Source: Octopus vulgaris (lineage: Eukaryota). From it: a stretch of 64,000 nucleotides of DNA. Of this stretch, positions 52,681 to 64,000 are shown in pieces. Numbering within the stretch: the first letter of the stretch is position 1; each line of letters starts with the position of its first letter. The stretch lies in the NCBI GenBank assembly GCA_951406725.2, contig OX597820.1:117056001-117120000 (forward strand). Reading direction: 5' to 3'. Under the pieces are notes generated by a model. That model did not search any database. It saw only the letters and a program-made list of their open reading frames with translations, and was not told the origin of the DNA. The position numbers and the translations under genes were made by a program.

Positions 52681-54113
52681 CTGTGTAAATTGGTAAGAAT
52701 ACTGTGTTGGTTGCGTCAGAGGCAAAACGGAACTTTAACAAACGAAGGAAAAATTCCTATAACATTGGTGTTGGTAATAAATTTTCTTCGGTACATTAAT
52801 TCGATAACGAAACAATAAAGAATATAATAAAGAATTTTGGCATTAACCGGGAAGGGGTGGATTTGCCTGCATGTGAGACTCGATTGACAGACAAAAGTGA
52901 CAAACTACTGCCCTATAACACTAACAATCCATCATCTATTCGTGGGTGATTTTGGTATCTTTTTAAACCATAGATTTACGTAGTGGAACAATTTACAAGA
53001 AGCAGTATCTATATCCGTTGTAAATATATCTAAAATAATATTTGACATTTAAATTACAAAAATAAAATCAGTAATTATACAAGAGAATATTAGAGTCTCA
53101 TATCCGGGTAGAAACAGTTCCAATTACGATTATTCCAGTTTCCGCTGAAAATGGAAAAGTATTCTGCAATTACTTATTTCAAAATAATGTATGTAGTAGA
53201 TACTGTGTGGATGGGGTTTGAATTGTTAAAGAAAAACCATGTGTTAAATAATAACGATATACAGTCATTAATTATAGATAAGTGGAAATTTTCCTTAATT
53301 AAGATCTATAATATAGGAAGACAGAATCGTGAATGATGAAAATATTTTGTAATTAGATAGCATTTAGCATTCTTAAAATTTTCCGTAAACTCGACTGAAT
53401 ACGAGAAAATCTAGAAATAAAGAGAGCTGTATGCGATTATTCAAGGTAATTATTGTAGGTGGATATAAAAGGTAAGTTAAATAATGAAAGTGGGGGAAAA
53501 AAATGGTCCTCTTTGCCGTTCTAAGTCCACATGGCATCGTCACCTGTCACTTAGTCACAACAACAGCCATTTTCACAACGAATTTTTATTGTCTTCGTAT
53601 TAATTGGATTCTTTGTTTAAAAAGCAAAACTTCAGAATTGAGATTCTCTAAATTCTAACTTCGTGTTTGAAATTTTTACACACGGGTGGGATTTTTTCAT
53701 TACATTATCGTTCTACAAAAATAAAAAAAATAGCGGTTTTCAAAGAGGGCGACAGCTAACTTAATGATTCGTTGCCGGAATACAAGGGGGGGAAAAGGCA
53801 AAGATGGGAAGAAAGCTGAAATTCCTTCCAGCCCTTTAGAAAATGGTAATCAACTGAAGATGTCACACCAGCCACAATCAGTATTCCCACTTCAAACCTA
53901 TATAATGAAGGTAGTTAGTTACCCAAATGTTACAAACCCTTTGAAATATGAATTTGTATCAGGCGTTTATTATTATATAAACTGACCATTCAGTCAACTA
54001 GTGTGTTTCTGTAGGTGTGTATGTGCGCCATGTATATCGTAACGGAACCTTCTTCTTCTTACATAAATATTTATATTAGAAAAAATATAATATTATGTAA
54101 AAAAAAGTCTTAC

Positions 54114-54156
54114 TGAACAAAATGGAGAGGGAATGTGAAATATGGAGCAAACCCAT
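54114..54156 (-). CDS. Candidate short ATG-started exon MGLLHISHSLSILF, phase 1
   Basis: ATG at 54156, 14 open codons + 1 nt, then donor GTAAGA; unique sequence in the promoter-proximal zone. Could arise by chance. Confidence 0.25.
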
Positions 54157-55015
54157 CGGTGTAGACAATAGAATTCACATGGGGACAATTAAGAAACCTC
54201 GATGACGACACCAAAGGACATGAGCAAGAATATATTTTGATTATTAAGCTAATCCAAAAGGCTATATTGACTTGTGTATGTATTTATACATTGACATATC
54301 GATTTGTCATCGATAATTTAGTGGAGAGGGATAAGTGGGTCGTCAACAAGGAAAAAATCCTTCTTGCCGGCAGGAGATCAGGTAAAACGGTTACATTTAC
54401 CTATAAGCTGTGAGTCCGCATGTGTCGTGACGAAAGGTGATTGTAGATTGCGAAGACTTAGAACGAAAGAAAGGAAGAAAGAAAGACCCGACCTGGTTAC
54501 TAAGAAACAAGAATCATCCCCAATATTTAACATACACATACACACACATTGAAGTAACAAGATCAGGCATTTACAATTGTATATCATTCGAGACAAAAAT
54601 GCTGCCAGCATCGGATGTTAAGTCGATGCGGATTTTTCTCCTTTCTTTATGTATGTGTGTGTTTGTCGTAAACTGAGACTTGCTGTCGGTAACAATGAGT
54701 CAGCTACTAATCACACACACATTGTTATATATATATGTATATATATATATCTACGTGAATTATTTTTGAGGAAATACTATCTGGAAGACTTTTCTTAAAG
54801 TAGTGGAAATGGCTAAAAAAAACTTTTTGGCTGCTATTTCTAAAAATTTCAGTATGTGGCAAAGTAAATTATTTTACTGAGCCCTAATTATATAACGTAA
54901 TATTTTGAATACGCCTTGAATGGTCCTTTTACAGGTACCCCTTTTACATACTGAGCACTGCTTGGTGAAATTAATTAATAACTAATTGATTTTGCCCTTA
55001 ATTGTTGATATATAC

Positions 55016-55056
<41 letters not shown>

Positions 55057-55162
55057 CGTGTTTATAAAGTGAAACAAAGAACATTTCTCTATTCGATCCT
55101 ACTTGAGTATATAAATATAATAAATATATATAAAAGTGAAAGTCTATAAATACACATATATA

Positions 55163-55198
<36 letters not shown>

Positions 55199-55611
55199 CA
55201 CAGACACACACACACGAACGCATGAAAAAAGCAAGTGCGCTGAATAGCAATAATGATAATTGTAGAAGACGACAGCCTCAGCAATATTGAGTAATGATCG
55301 GAGGGCGGCCGTGTGTGGCACACATAAAGAAAACACAAAGCGAAACCGATTTGCAAAGTTTAAAGAAGAGACAGAGGCAGTCAAGGCATGGAGAGGGAAC
55401 AACTTTAAAGCTTTCTAAACCATACAACAACGGTAAATAGCAAGGGGGGGGGATGAGGAGGAGAGACCGAAATATGAGCATCATTAATCTTCTTCTTCTA
55501 CTTCTCCCTCGTTTCTTCTTTCTTTCTTTCTTTCTTTTCTTTTCTTTACCTTTATACGTTGTCCCACGTTCCATTCATCAATACAAGAAGAGACATCAAA
55601 GCGGAACTTAC

Positions 55612-55790
55612 CTGAACTATTATGTTATATGTTATAAATAGGTCCTTAAGATTTGGAAATGGTGTAGCGCAATCAAGAGAAGGTATCCAGAAAAACGACA
55701 ACTGCCACTACTTTACTACAACAGCTCTCGCACAAGACAAACCAGCCATTATTCCAGTTAGGTACAGTGCTATTTATAGCGACCAATCAG
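55612..55790 (-). promoter_or_regulatory. Candidate Pol II promoter and non-coding first exon of a minus-strand gene
   Basis: Minus strand: TATAAATA at 55778-55771, about 30 nt upstream of an ATGGCTG motif at ~55749; GACCAATCAG CCAAT box at 55781-55790; exon ends at a perfect CAG|GTAAGT donor (55612/55611). It lies in a SINE-free, CpG-enriched interval (~50.8-56.1 kb). Confidence 0.6.
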
Positions 55791-56794
55791 CAACCGCCTT
55801 ACATTCAGTGCCCGGTAGTTCGTGTGTCTGTGTAGGTGGGAGTTAAATTAAATGAGGAGTGGGCTGAGGCGCACTTCTCTTTCCAAGATGTAGCGAGACG
55901 GGTGGAAGGGATTCGGTTACGCGACTAACTGCCAAAAGAAAAAAAATTGGGAAGGAAAATAATATTAGAAACTGTGTTAAACCATAGGGGGAAATATTCC
56001 GAAAGGATTTAGGTTGCAGGAATCTTCTTTAGAATTATTTTTCCTTTCTTTTTTTTTTTTCTTACCGGTTCGATTTGGGAAGACTTTGCTTTCGTTGATA
56101 GAGATTAAAATATTATTATTTACAATTTAGCTTTTCACGGTCTGTCTTTCTTTAAAAAAATACAATAACTTTCCAACATTATAATGCTAATAAAGAACCA
56201 TCTGCTGTCAAAATTAGTAGAACGGTGCTGAAAATGCCATGTGTTAAGATAGGTCCTTTTTACGTTTTGAGTTCAAATCCCACCGGAGTAATCATCGTCT
56301 TTTATTTATCAAGGAGTCGATGAAATAAATTACCAGTTAAATATTGAAATCTATGACCAAATATAACTTTCTCCCCTGAATTTTTGCAGTTTTGTAACCA
56401 AGTTAAAACCCCAATATTTAATACTAATGGAAGGACTGTAGTGTGCCGGGCAAATATATATATAATTACGTCCCTTTACATTCTGAGTTCAAATCCCGCC
56501 ATGGTCGACTTCGCCTCCGAGACTGATAAAATAAGCACCAATAATTTACAAAATAAGTCATAACCCCACCCCTATGAATGTCACCCTGTACTAATACAAT
56601 AACTCAATGTAATTAAAATTCTACAACATCGGAGCGATTACCCGGCTCCTCTGTATTCTGGGTTCAAATCTTGTTAGGGTTAGCTGTACCTTTCTTTTCT
56701 TTAAGATTGATGTACCCGTGGGTGGGTGATTTCAATCTATTATATCTGTGTTGTTTAAATTGACATATTTACTAATCCCCGTCAAAATATAATC

Positions 56795-57420
56795 TTTTAT
56801 CTCTTCTACTTGCTTCAGTTACTGGACTACGGCCATGCTGGGGCACTGCCTTGAAGAATTTTAGTTGAACAAATCAACCCCACTGCTTTTTTTTTTCTTT
56901 CTTTTTTAAACCTGGCTCTTATTCTATTGGTCTCTTTTGCTGAACTGCTAAGTTACTCGGATGTAAACAAAACAACACTGGATGTCAAGCAGTGGCTGTG
57001 GACAAACACAAACACACACACACAGAGGTTGCGTGATAAGGAGCAGTAGGCGTGGCTGTGTGGTAAGAAGTTTGCTTCCCAACCACAAGCCTCCAGGTTC
57101 AGCCCCACTGTGTGGCACCTTGGGCGAGTATCTTTTTCTATGGCCTAGGGCTGACCAAAACCTTGTGAGAGGAATTGGTAGGCAGAAACTGAAAGAAGCC
57201 TGTCATATATGTGTGTGTGTAAGTTTGTCCACCACCACAACCAGTGTTGGTGTGTTTACATCCCTGTAACTTAGCAGATCAGCAAAGAGATAGAATAAGT
57301 GCCAGCCTTAAAAAGATAAATAAATAAGTAGTGGAGTCATTTCATTTGACTCACAAAACTTTGTGGCAGTGCCCCAGCATGGCCGTGGTCTAATGACTGA
57401 AATAAGTAAAAGCAATAAGA
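56795..57420. mobile_element. Adjacent inverted family B SINEs (- 56795-57020; + 57045-57420)
   Basis: Tail halves are reverse-complement homologs. Confidence 0.8.
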
Positions 57421-57689
57421 TAAATATGTATATATATACAATTTAAGAACTTTGTATTGTTGGAAAGCATATATGGTCTGCTTGGAATCTTGCTTCAAGT
57501 TCCTGGAGCTCACGTCTATAACTTTATAAGTATATTTACACTCTCTAAGATGTTTGGAAAACCTATATGAAATTACCTGAAGATTACTTAACATTATATT
57601 TGCTGTAATATTTGCAGCTTTAATAAATTGTTATAGTATGAAACAATTGTACTAAACTACCGATCCATTCTTGTTGCTTATTTTTTGGT

Positions 57690-57734
<45 letters not shown>

Positions 57735-57735
<1 letters not shown>

Positions 57736-58031
57736 CACATGACCAACCAGACCATCAGATGTTGCTACACATCGCTGGTCACAATGCGTTCGCATTGGTT
57801 TAGCCTTCGAATGACGCCACCCTGCTGGCTAAGCGAGCAGGCCAACAGAAGAAAGAGTGAGAGAAAGAGTGGTGAAGGAGTACAGCAGGGATCACCACCC
57901 CCTGCCGGAGCCTCGTGGAGCTTTAGGTGTTTTCGCTCAATAAACACACACAACGCCCGGTCTGGGAAGCGAAACCGCGATCCTACGACCGCGAGTCCGC
58001 TGCCCTAACCACTGGGCCATTGCGCCTCCAC
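57735..58031 (-). mobile_element. SINE with family C head and a third tail type
   Basis: Head matches family C up to TTTCTCTCACTCTT, then unrelated sequence. Confidence 0.8.
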
Positions 58032-58245
58032 ATATATATATATATATAATACAAAAATGGGACAAAGAATGCAAAACACCCAGACAGACGATATAAAGAA
58101 AACAAGGATCTTTGTACCATCTTTCTGAATGTTTTGTTGTCCCTTTCTTGTATCACCTAACCGTCTGGATGTTTTGCATTCTTGTCCCACTTTTGTATTT
58201 TTTATATATAAAATATAGCAGCATACATACACTTTGGTCTCTTAT

Positions 58246-58305
<60 letters not shown>

Positions 58306-58331
58306 ATATATATATATTACGGAGATGTACT

Positions 58332-58370
<39 letters not shown>

Positions 58371-58380
58371 ATATATATAT

Positions 58381-58575
58381 ATTACGGAAATGTACTTGCA
58401 TAGCAAGTGACCTGATCTGAGATCATGTGCTGGAACGAAAACAATTCCAGAGTGGAAGGTGTTTATAAGCCATTTAAGAAACACACAAAATCCGTTAGAT
58501 TCACTTCAACATTTAAATTTCATTTGTCAAAATATTGTCGTCGCTTTGAGACCGCAACCTGTTCACTGACAAAAT
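58381..58575 (-). mobile_element. Penelope-like terminal fragment with G3:C8 hammerhead-like motif (58523-58573)
   Basis: Minus TTTGTCA-GTGAACA-G-GTTGC-ggtctcaaa-GCGAC-GACA-ATATT-T-TGACAAA. Confidence 0.6.
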
Positions 58576-58579
58576 TATG

Positions 58580-58613
<34 letters not shown>

Positions 58614-58616
<3 letters not shown>

Positions 58617-58722
58617 CCCTGCTCAATCTGTAGAAAAGGTGTAGGTAGAAATTCTATAAGATGTACCCAGTGTAAGCAATGGACACATATGAGGTGCAGT
58701 AATATCAAAGGAAGGCTAACTG
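58614..58722 (+). mobile_element. PHD-like zinc-finger fragment of an RTE-type LINE ORF
   Basis: RPCSICRKGVGRNSIRCTQCKQWTHMRCSNIKGRLT; isolated fragment next to a TA tract with no splice acceptor. Confidence 0.65.
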
Positions 58723-58947
58723 TTCAGGTTGGCACTTCTGGTGCAAATGTCAAGCAGTATAGCATGTAATTTACAAATTCCTGGCAGAGTGAATGGCATC
58801 AATGTGCTGTTTTTCTCACTGACTGTGCCCAACTGACCCTACTATACTGTGTAGTTGACAAAATCAAAAGCAAACAATAAACATGTGTGAAATTAAAAAT
58901 ATAAAATGGCAACAATTCACCCATCACACCCTGCATATATATAAATG

Positions 58948-59150
58948 TATTTCTTTACTACCCACAAGGGGCTAAACACAGAGAGGACAAACAAAGACAG
59001 ACAAACAGATCAAGTCGATTACATCGACCCAATGCGTAACTGGTACTTAATTTATCGACCCCGAATGGATGAAAGGCAAAGTTGACCTCGGCGGAATTTG
59101 AACTCAGAACGTAGCATTTCGCCTGGTGTGCTAACGTTTCTGCCAGCTCG
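58948..59150 (-). mobile_element. SINE family A
   Basis: TSD TATATAAATG (58938-58947, 59151-59160). Confidence 0.85.
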
Positions 59151-59159
59151 TATATAAAT

Positions 59160-59805
59160 GGTCATTTTGACAGCTATATTTAGCATACCGATACTGCTTG
59201 TTAGTACCTTTAATTATTTATTTATAATTTTTTACCGTTAGGGACATTTTACACATGCTAAGACACTGACATTATCATCATCATCGTTTGATATCACCTT
59301 TCCATGGGTTGGACAGTTTGACTGAGGACTGGTGAGCCAGAGACTGCACCAGGCTCCAATCTGATCTGGCAAAGTTTCTACAGCTGGATGCCCTTCCTAA
59401 CATCAACCACTCCGAGAGTGTAGTGGGTGCTTTTACGTACCACCAGCACAAATATCCTCATATATATTTAAATAATTTCTATTCACTTTGATCAACTTTT
59501 TTAAATTTGCTGCGGCATTAAAAACAGTCATCGTCCACATTGGTGGGATGAATAATCTCTATGACCATGGGGTCAGTGAGACTCACTGAAGATGAACTCA
59601 GAGTTTTACTCCAAGTTCGAATTCATGATGATGTGGCTATGTCTGGCTTTTGCAATTTTCGATTATTTTCATCTTTGGTATGAGGTTTTAGGATTTTTAA
59701 TCATTTGCTCACTTTCACCTTTGTGTTTAAGTGAAAATTTGTGGTTTGGTCATTTTGACTGCTCTTTTTAGCATGCCAGTACTGCTTGTTAGTACCCTTA
59801 ATTAT
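59160..59805 (+). mobile_element. Penelope-like remnant with ~58-bp terminal direct repeat and hammerhead remnant
   Basis: GGTCATTTTGAC...TACTGCTTGTTAGTACC.TTAATTAT at 59160-59217 and 59748-59805; CTGAAGA-T-GAACT...AGTTC-GAAT at 59586-59622; family D insertion at 59273-59450. Confidence 0.55.
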
Positions 59806-60719
59806 TGATCTATATATATATATATATATTTCGTTTTTGGATTTGGTTTGCAAGATTCTTTATATGAGTTCGTGTGTTGAAGCATATTCTATTGTGTCTG
59901 GGGAGAGTCATTTTCTTTTTTCATCGTGTCTTGCAACATTTTCAAGACTATTGAAAAGGTTGCAAGACGCAACGAAAATTTTAGGAAAATGAAAATAAGA
60001 AATAAGTGGAAATTTTACCAGTGAGTGTGTTACATTATAAGGCACAAAAAGAAAATGACTCTCCCCAGACACAACAGAATATATATATATATTTTCATTT
60101 AGAGATAGTAGGCCTCTTCATCTCACCCATATAAAAAAGAATTTTTATTTTAAATACCTACTACTTTATAACTTGGTTACATAACTTCTCTAAATGAAAA
60201 TATATGTTTCTTCATTGAGAATGATTTGAACCCCTATTATGCCGGAATTTTTATTCCCTAACAAATAAAATTAAAATATATATATATATATACATAAAAA
60301 TTTATATCTATTAAATTTAATAGTGTTCCCTTCCGGACTCTCCCACTCTGTGAGTGCCTCAGTTCAAATCGCACGTGTCTTGAATGGGCAGGAGTATTTC
60401 TATTTTGGATTTATTTGGGGTACTTAGTTGTGCTCATGACTTAGTGTTTGCTTCTTCCATGGGTATAAGTAAGTATCTCATTTACTTCTTTGTCACATGT
60501 ATCACTGACGAAGGGAGGGTTCTTTTTGAACTAACCCTGAAATCGGTCCAATATGGTAATAATGGAATTGTTTTAGAGATTTCTGTTGACCTTTTTTCGA
60601 GTAGCGTGCGTACTGGGAAAAAAAAAATTATATGGTAAATTGACCATATGTCCAATTTTCGGCATATTTGGCATTAGAAATTTTTTTGTTTGCCCTTATT
60701 TATAAGTTATATATATATG

Positions 60720-60757
<38 letters not shown>

Positions 60758-61017
60758 TGAAGGGTTTCTTTCATTTTTCTTCTACCAAATCTACTCACAA
60801 GGCTTTGGTTGGCTTCAGGCTATAGTAACCGACACATGCCAAAGGTGCCTGAGACTGAACCCAGTCCATCACAGTCTGAAAGCCCTGATTGAGTTGGAAA
60901 ATGCCATAAGACTCCCAACAACTGAATACTTAAGTGGAACTATCAGATATAAACCAACATAAACTGGTATCAGATGATTGACAGTGACCTTCAGCTGGTA
61001 ATACTTATAAAGTAATG

Positions 61018-61305
61018 ATGCACTATGGGAAACTACCACCTGTGTCATCTCTTGTGAAAGGTAGGAGAGTCCAGTTTGCTGGACATTGTTGTAGAGCTGA
61101 AAAAGAAGTAATTTCTCCTCTTCTCCTCTGGAAGCCATCTACTCGCGATACCAGAGGGCGCACACTCTCCTACCCTGATGTAATCTCCAGGGATACAGGC
61201 ATCCAGCAACAGGACCTCCGTAATGCCATGATGGACCGTGAAGTCTGGCGTAGCATGGTAAATTCCATTGTCTCGACCACAGTTGAACAATGATGATGAT
61301 GATGA
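61018..61305 (+). mobile_element. RTE-like LINE 3' end (5'-truncated)
   Basis: YGKLPPVSSLVKGRRVQFAGHCCRAEKEVISPLLLWKP...AMMDREVWRSMV then (TGA)n; near-identical to 62813-63152. Confidence 0.85.
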
Positions 61306-61431
61306 GGGTAACTGCTGATCAACCTTGCTGGAGTACTTTGACTGCTTCATGCATCATCCAATGTGGGGGCACCTGAGCTTAAATAAGTGAGGGTTGTGTT
61401 ATCCAACATGATATTTTTTATAAGATGACAG

Positions 61432-61690
61432 TACTTCTCTACATAGCCACCACCAATGGTGATGCACTTCTCCCATCTCACTTTATGCAGCTGTAAAGAC
61501 TTCATCTGGGGATGTCAGTTGGTTATGTCTGGAGCCAAGACTTCATCTCTGAAATAAGTCCCTCATTATCTGAAAAGTGCTTCCCTTTCAAAAAATACCT
61601 CATGGTTGGAAAGAGGTAGAAGTCAGATGGTGCGAGGTCAGGAGAATAAGGAAGATGAAGAAGGATTTTATAACAGCAGGACTGAATGAC
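61432..61690 (-). mobile_element. mariner transposase C-terminal fragment
   Basis: LHLPYSPDLAPSDFYLFPTMRYFLKGKHFSDNEGLISEMKSWL...WEKCITIGGGYVEK. Confidence 0.9.
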
Positions 61691-61956
61691 ATCTGTGTGT
61701 GTCTGTGTCTGTATGTGTGTGTGTGTGTGTGTGTATGCATCTGTGTTTGTCCCCCCAATATCGCTTGACAACCGATGGTAGTGTGTTTACGTCCCAGTAA
61801 CTTAGTGGTTCAGCAAAAGGAACCGATAGAATAAGTACTAGGCTTACAAAGAATAAGTCCTGGGGTCGATTTGCTCGACTAAAAGGTGGTGCTCCAGCAT
61901 GGCCACAGTCAAATGACTGAAACAAGTAAAAGAATATACCTTAACCATTAAGCTAC

Positions 61957-62189
61957 AAGGCAGCGAGCTGGCAGAAATGTTAGCATGCCGGGCGAAATGT
62001 TTAGTGGTATTTCGTCTGCCATTACGTTCTGTGTTCAAATTCCGCCAAGGTCGACTTTGCCTTTCATCCTCTTGGGGTCGATTAAAGAAGCACCAGTTAC
62101 ACACTGGGGTCGATATAATCGACTTAATCCATTTGTCTGTCCTTGTTTGTCCCCTCTGTGTGTAGCCCCTTGTGGGCAATAAAGAAATA
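61957..62189 (+). mobile_element. SINE family A
   Basis: TSD ATTAAGCTACAAG (61947-61959, 62190-62202). Confidence 0.9.
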
Positions 62190-62518
62190 ATTAAGCTACA
62201 AGCCTTTACACACCAACACTATTCCCTTTTCTGCCATCTTCCAAGCAGATACACTCCGATCCATATATGCCTACCATCTCTTTCTTACTAACTCCCCAGA
62301 AAACAGCATCGCCCACCACTTTCTAACCCATTCCCTTCCTATTGCAGGTGTTATGTTGCAATAGGTGAAAATCTGTGAAGTAAAAACAGTACTGTACTGA
62401 ATATTATTTTATTTCTATAATTTCTATAATTTATTTTATTATAAACATGAAAACAGCACCACAAAGGAATCGACATAAGCTTAAGTAATAAACCGTGATA
62501 CGGTGAGGGATTACTGTC

Positions 62519-62625
62519 CATACATACATACAGACAGACAGACAGACATACAGACAGACAGACATACATGCATACATGCATACATGCATGCATACATACA
62601 GACAGACATGCATACATACATACAT

Positions 62626-62656
<31 letters not shown>

Positions 62657-62812
62657 TGCATACATACATACAGACAGACAGACATGCATACATACATGCA
62701 TACATACATAAATACAGACAGACATACATACATGCATACATATACATATATATGTACACATGTATATATATATATATATTGTGTGTATGCATATATATAT
62801 ATATGTGTGTGT
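62519..62812. repeat. Compound (CATA/CAGA/CATG)n and (TA)n microsatellite
   Basis: Directly visible. Confidence 0.95.
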
Positions 62813-63152
62813 GCATTGATTGAGAGCTCAAAATCTCTCGTGGAAGCGTCATCCAACCAAAATGCAAATATATGGGAAACTACCACCTGTATCATCTCTT
62901 GTGAAAGGTAGGAGAGTCCAGTTTGCTGGACATTGTTGTAGAGCTGAAAACGAGGCAATTTCTACTCTTCTCCTCTGGAAGCCATCTACTCGCGATACCA
63001 GAGGGCGCACACTCTCCTACCCTGATGTAATCTCCAGGGATACAGGCATCCAGCAACAGGACCTCCGTAATGCTATGATGGACCGTGAAGTCTGGCATAG
63101 CATGGTAAATTCCATTGTCTCGACCACGGTCGAACAATGATGATGATGATGA
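62813..63152 (+). mobile_element. RTE-like LINE 3' end (5'-truncated)
   Basis: RAQNLSWKRHPTKMQIYGKLPPVS...FAGHCCR...DREVW; (TGA)n tail. Confidence 0.85.
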
Positions 63153-63169
63153 TGTGTATGTATATACGT

Positions 63170-64000
63170 AGGAAGTTCCAGAAAGATTTACCCATTGATA
63201 TTTTTTCTTAGTTATTCAAAATCAACTTAAGGTAGGATAATGAAATTTGGCACACACTTTCTAATGTAAATTGTCAATTCATTGCAGTAATTATATTCCA
63301 AAATGACCACCTTTCACTTTGACCACAGCCTGCAGATGAGTGATCACTGACTTGCTTGACCACTGTACCACCTCTTCATCCAACTTGACCCATGAAAACA
63401 GAAGGGCTCTTTTTTTAAAATCTGACACATTTGAATAGGAGTGGGCAGAAACATAACTCTCTAGGATGGGACCAGGTTGCAAAGTCCATGGGAAATGATG
63501 TTTGGACTTGCGGGAGGTCATATCATCTTGTCCCCAAAACAGCTGAAATGTTCTTTGCACCACCTCTGTATCAAATTAGATGCGTGGGTTGGAGCCCTGT
63601 CTTGAGTGAAGATGTATCACACACCAAAGACTGCTGTGATCCGGGGTAACACTTTCTCATCCAACATTTCCACATAAACTTCACTGTTGACCTTGATGCC
63701 AGCATTGATGAACATCAAAGGAGACTTGAATCCATTTGATGCAACTGCAGCCCACCCCTTGAGTAAAGCTGGCTTCTCATGGTGTAAACGACCCCTGCTA
63801 CCTTCAAGCAAAACTCTTGCATTTTGTGCATAAATCCTAAAGCCTGTCATTCTTCCCGCTGGTAACTGCTTCCAGTGAAGATCTTCCCATTGGACCAGAT
63901 CAATACTTGTTAGCGACATGCTTTATCTCAGCTAACATCGTTTTACTCTTATTGAGACTGTTTCTTCTTGGAAGTTGCTGAAAGTAATGGCCAGGATTGT
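63170..64000 (-). mobile_element. Decayed Tc1/mariner (maT/DD37D-like) transposase, runs off the window
   Basis: WAAVASNGFKSPLMFINAGIKVNSEVYVEMLDEKVLP...IFTQDRAPTHASNLIQRWCKEHF...PPASP...VKVKGGHF, with frameshifts and stops. Confidence 0.8.

Noticed and set aside
58614-58722. Host PHD-finger exon
   Set aside because: No acceptor site, abuts a TA tract, and matches the zinc-finger insert of RTE-type LINEs whose adjacent motif (DSFCYLG) is seen at 43640.
62351-62958. Multiple 100-175 aa ORFs
   Set aside because: Translate from CATA/CAGA/TA microsatellites.

Overview
AT-rich eukaryotic DNA. The repeat repertoire (tRNA-derived SINE families, TTAA-specific MITEs, RTE/Penelope/mariner debris, long TA/CA/CATA microsatellites) looks like a coleoid cephalopod, most likely Octopus; this is an inference, not a database match. 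No intact long protein-coding exon is visible, and essentially all ORFs in the track are repeat- or microsatellite-derived. The window reads best as the promoter and very long 5' introns of an unidentified minus-strand gene. Evidence is a TATA box, CCAAT box and perfect CAG|GTAAGT donor at about 55.6-55.8 kb inside a SINE-free, CpG-richer zone, plus several short ATG-started, phase-1 candidate alternative exons downstream. The most striking hidden signal is about a dozen minimal type-I hammerhead-ribozyme-like motifs of the Penelope kind. These include (i) a small tRNA-headed SINE family that carries a hammerhead and (ii) a family with a G3:C8 swapped catalytic core. Other notable structures: an 89-bp-arm foldback, a 25-bp GC-rich minisatellite born inside a LINE 3' UTR, a mariner with two right ends, a tandem MITE array, and two SINEs inserted into one triplicated target site. 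All coordinates were read by eye; family names A-F are ad hoc labels.
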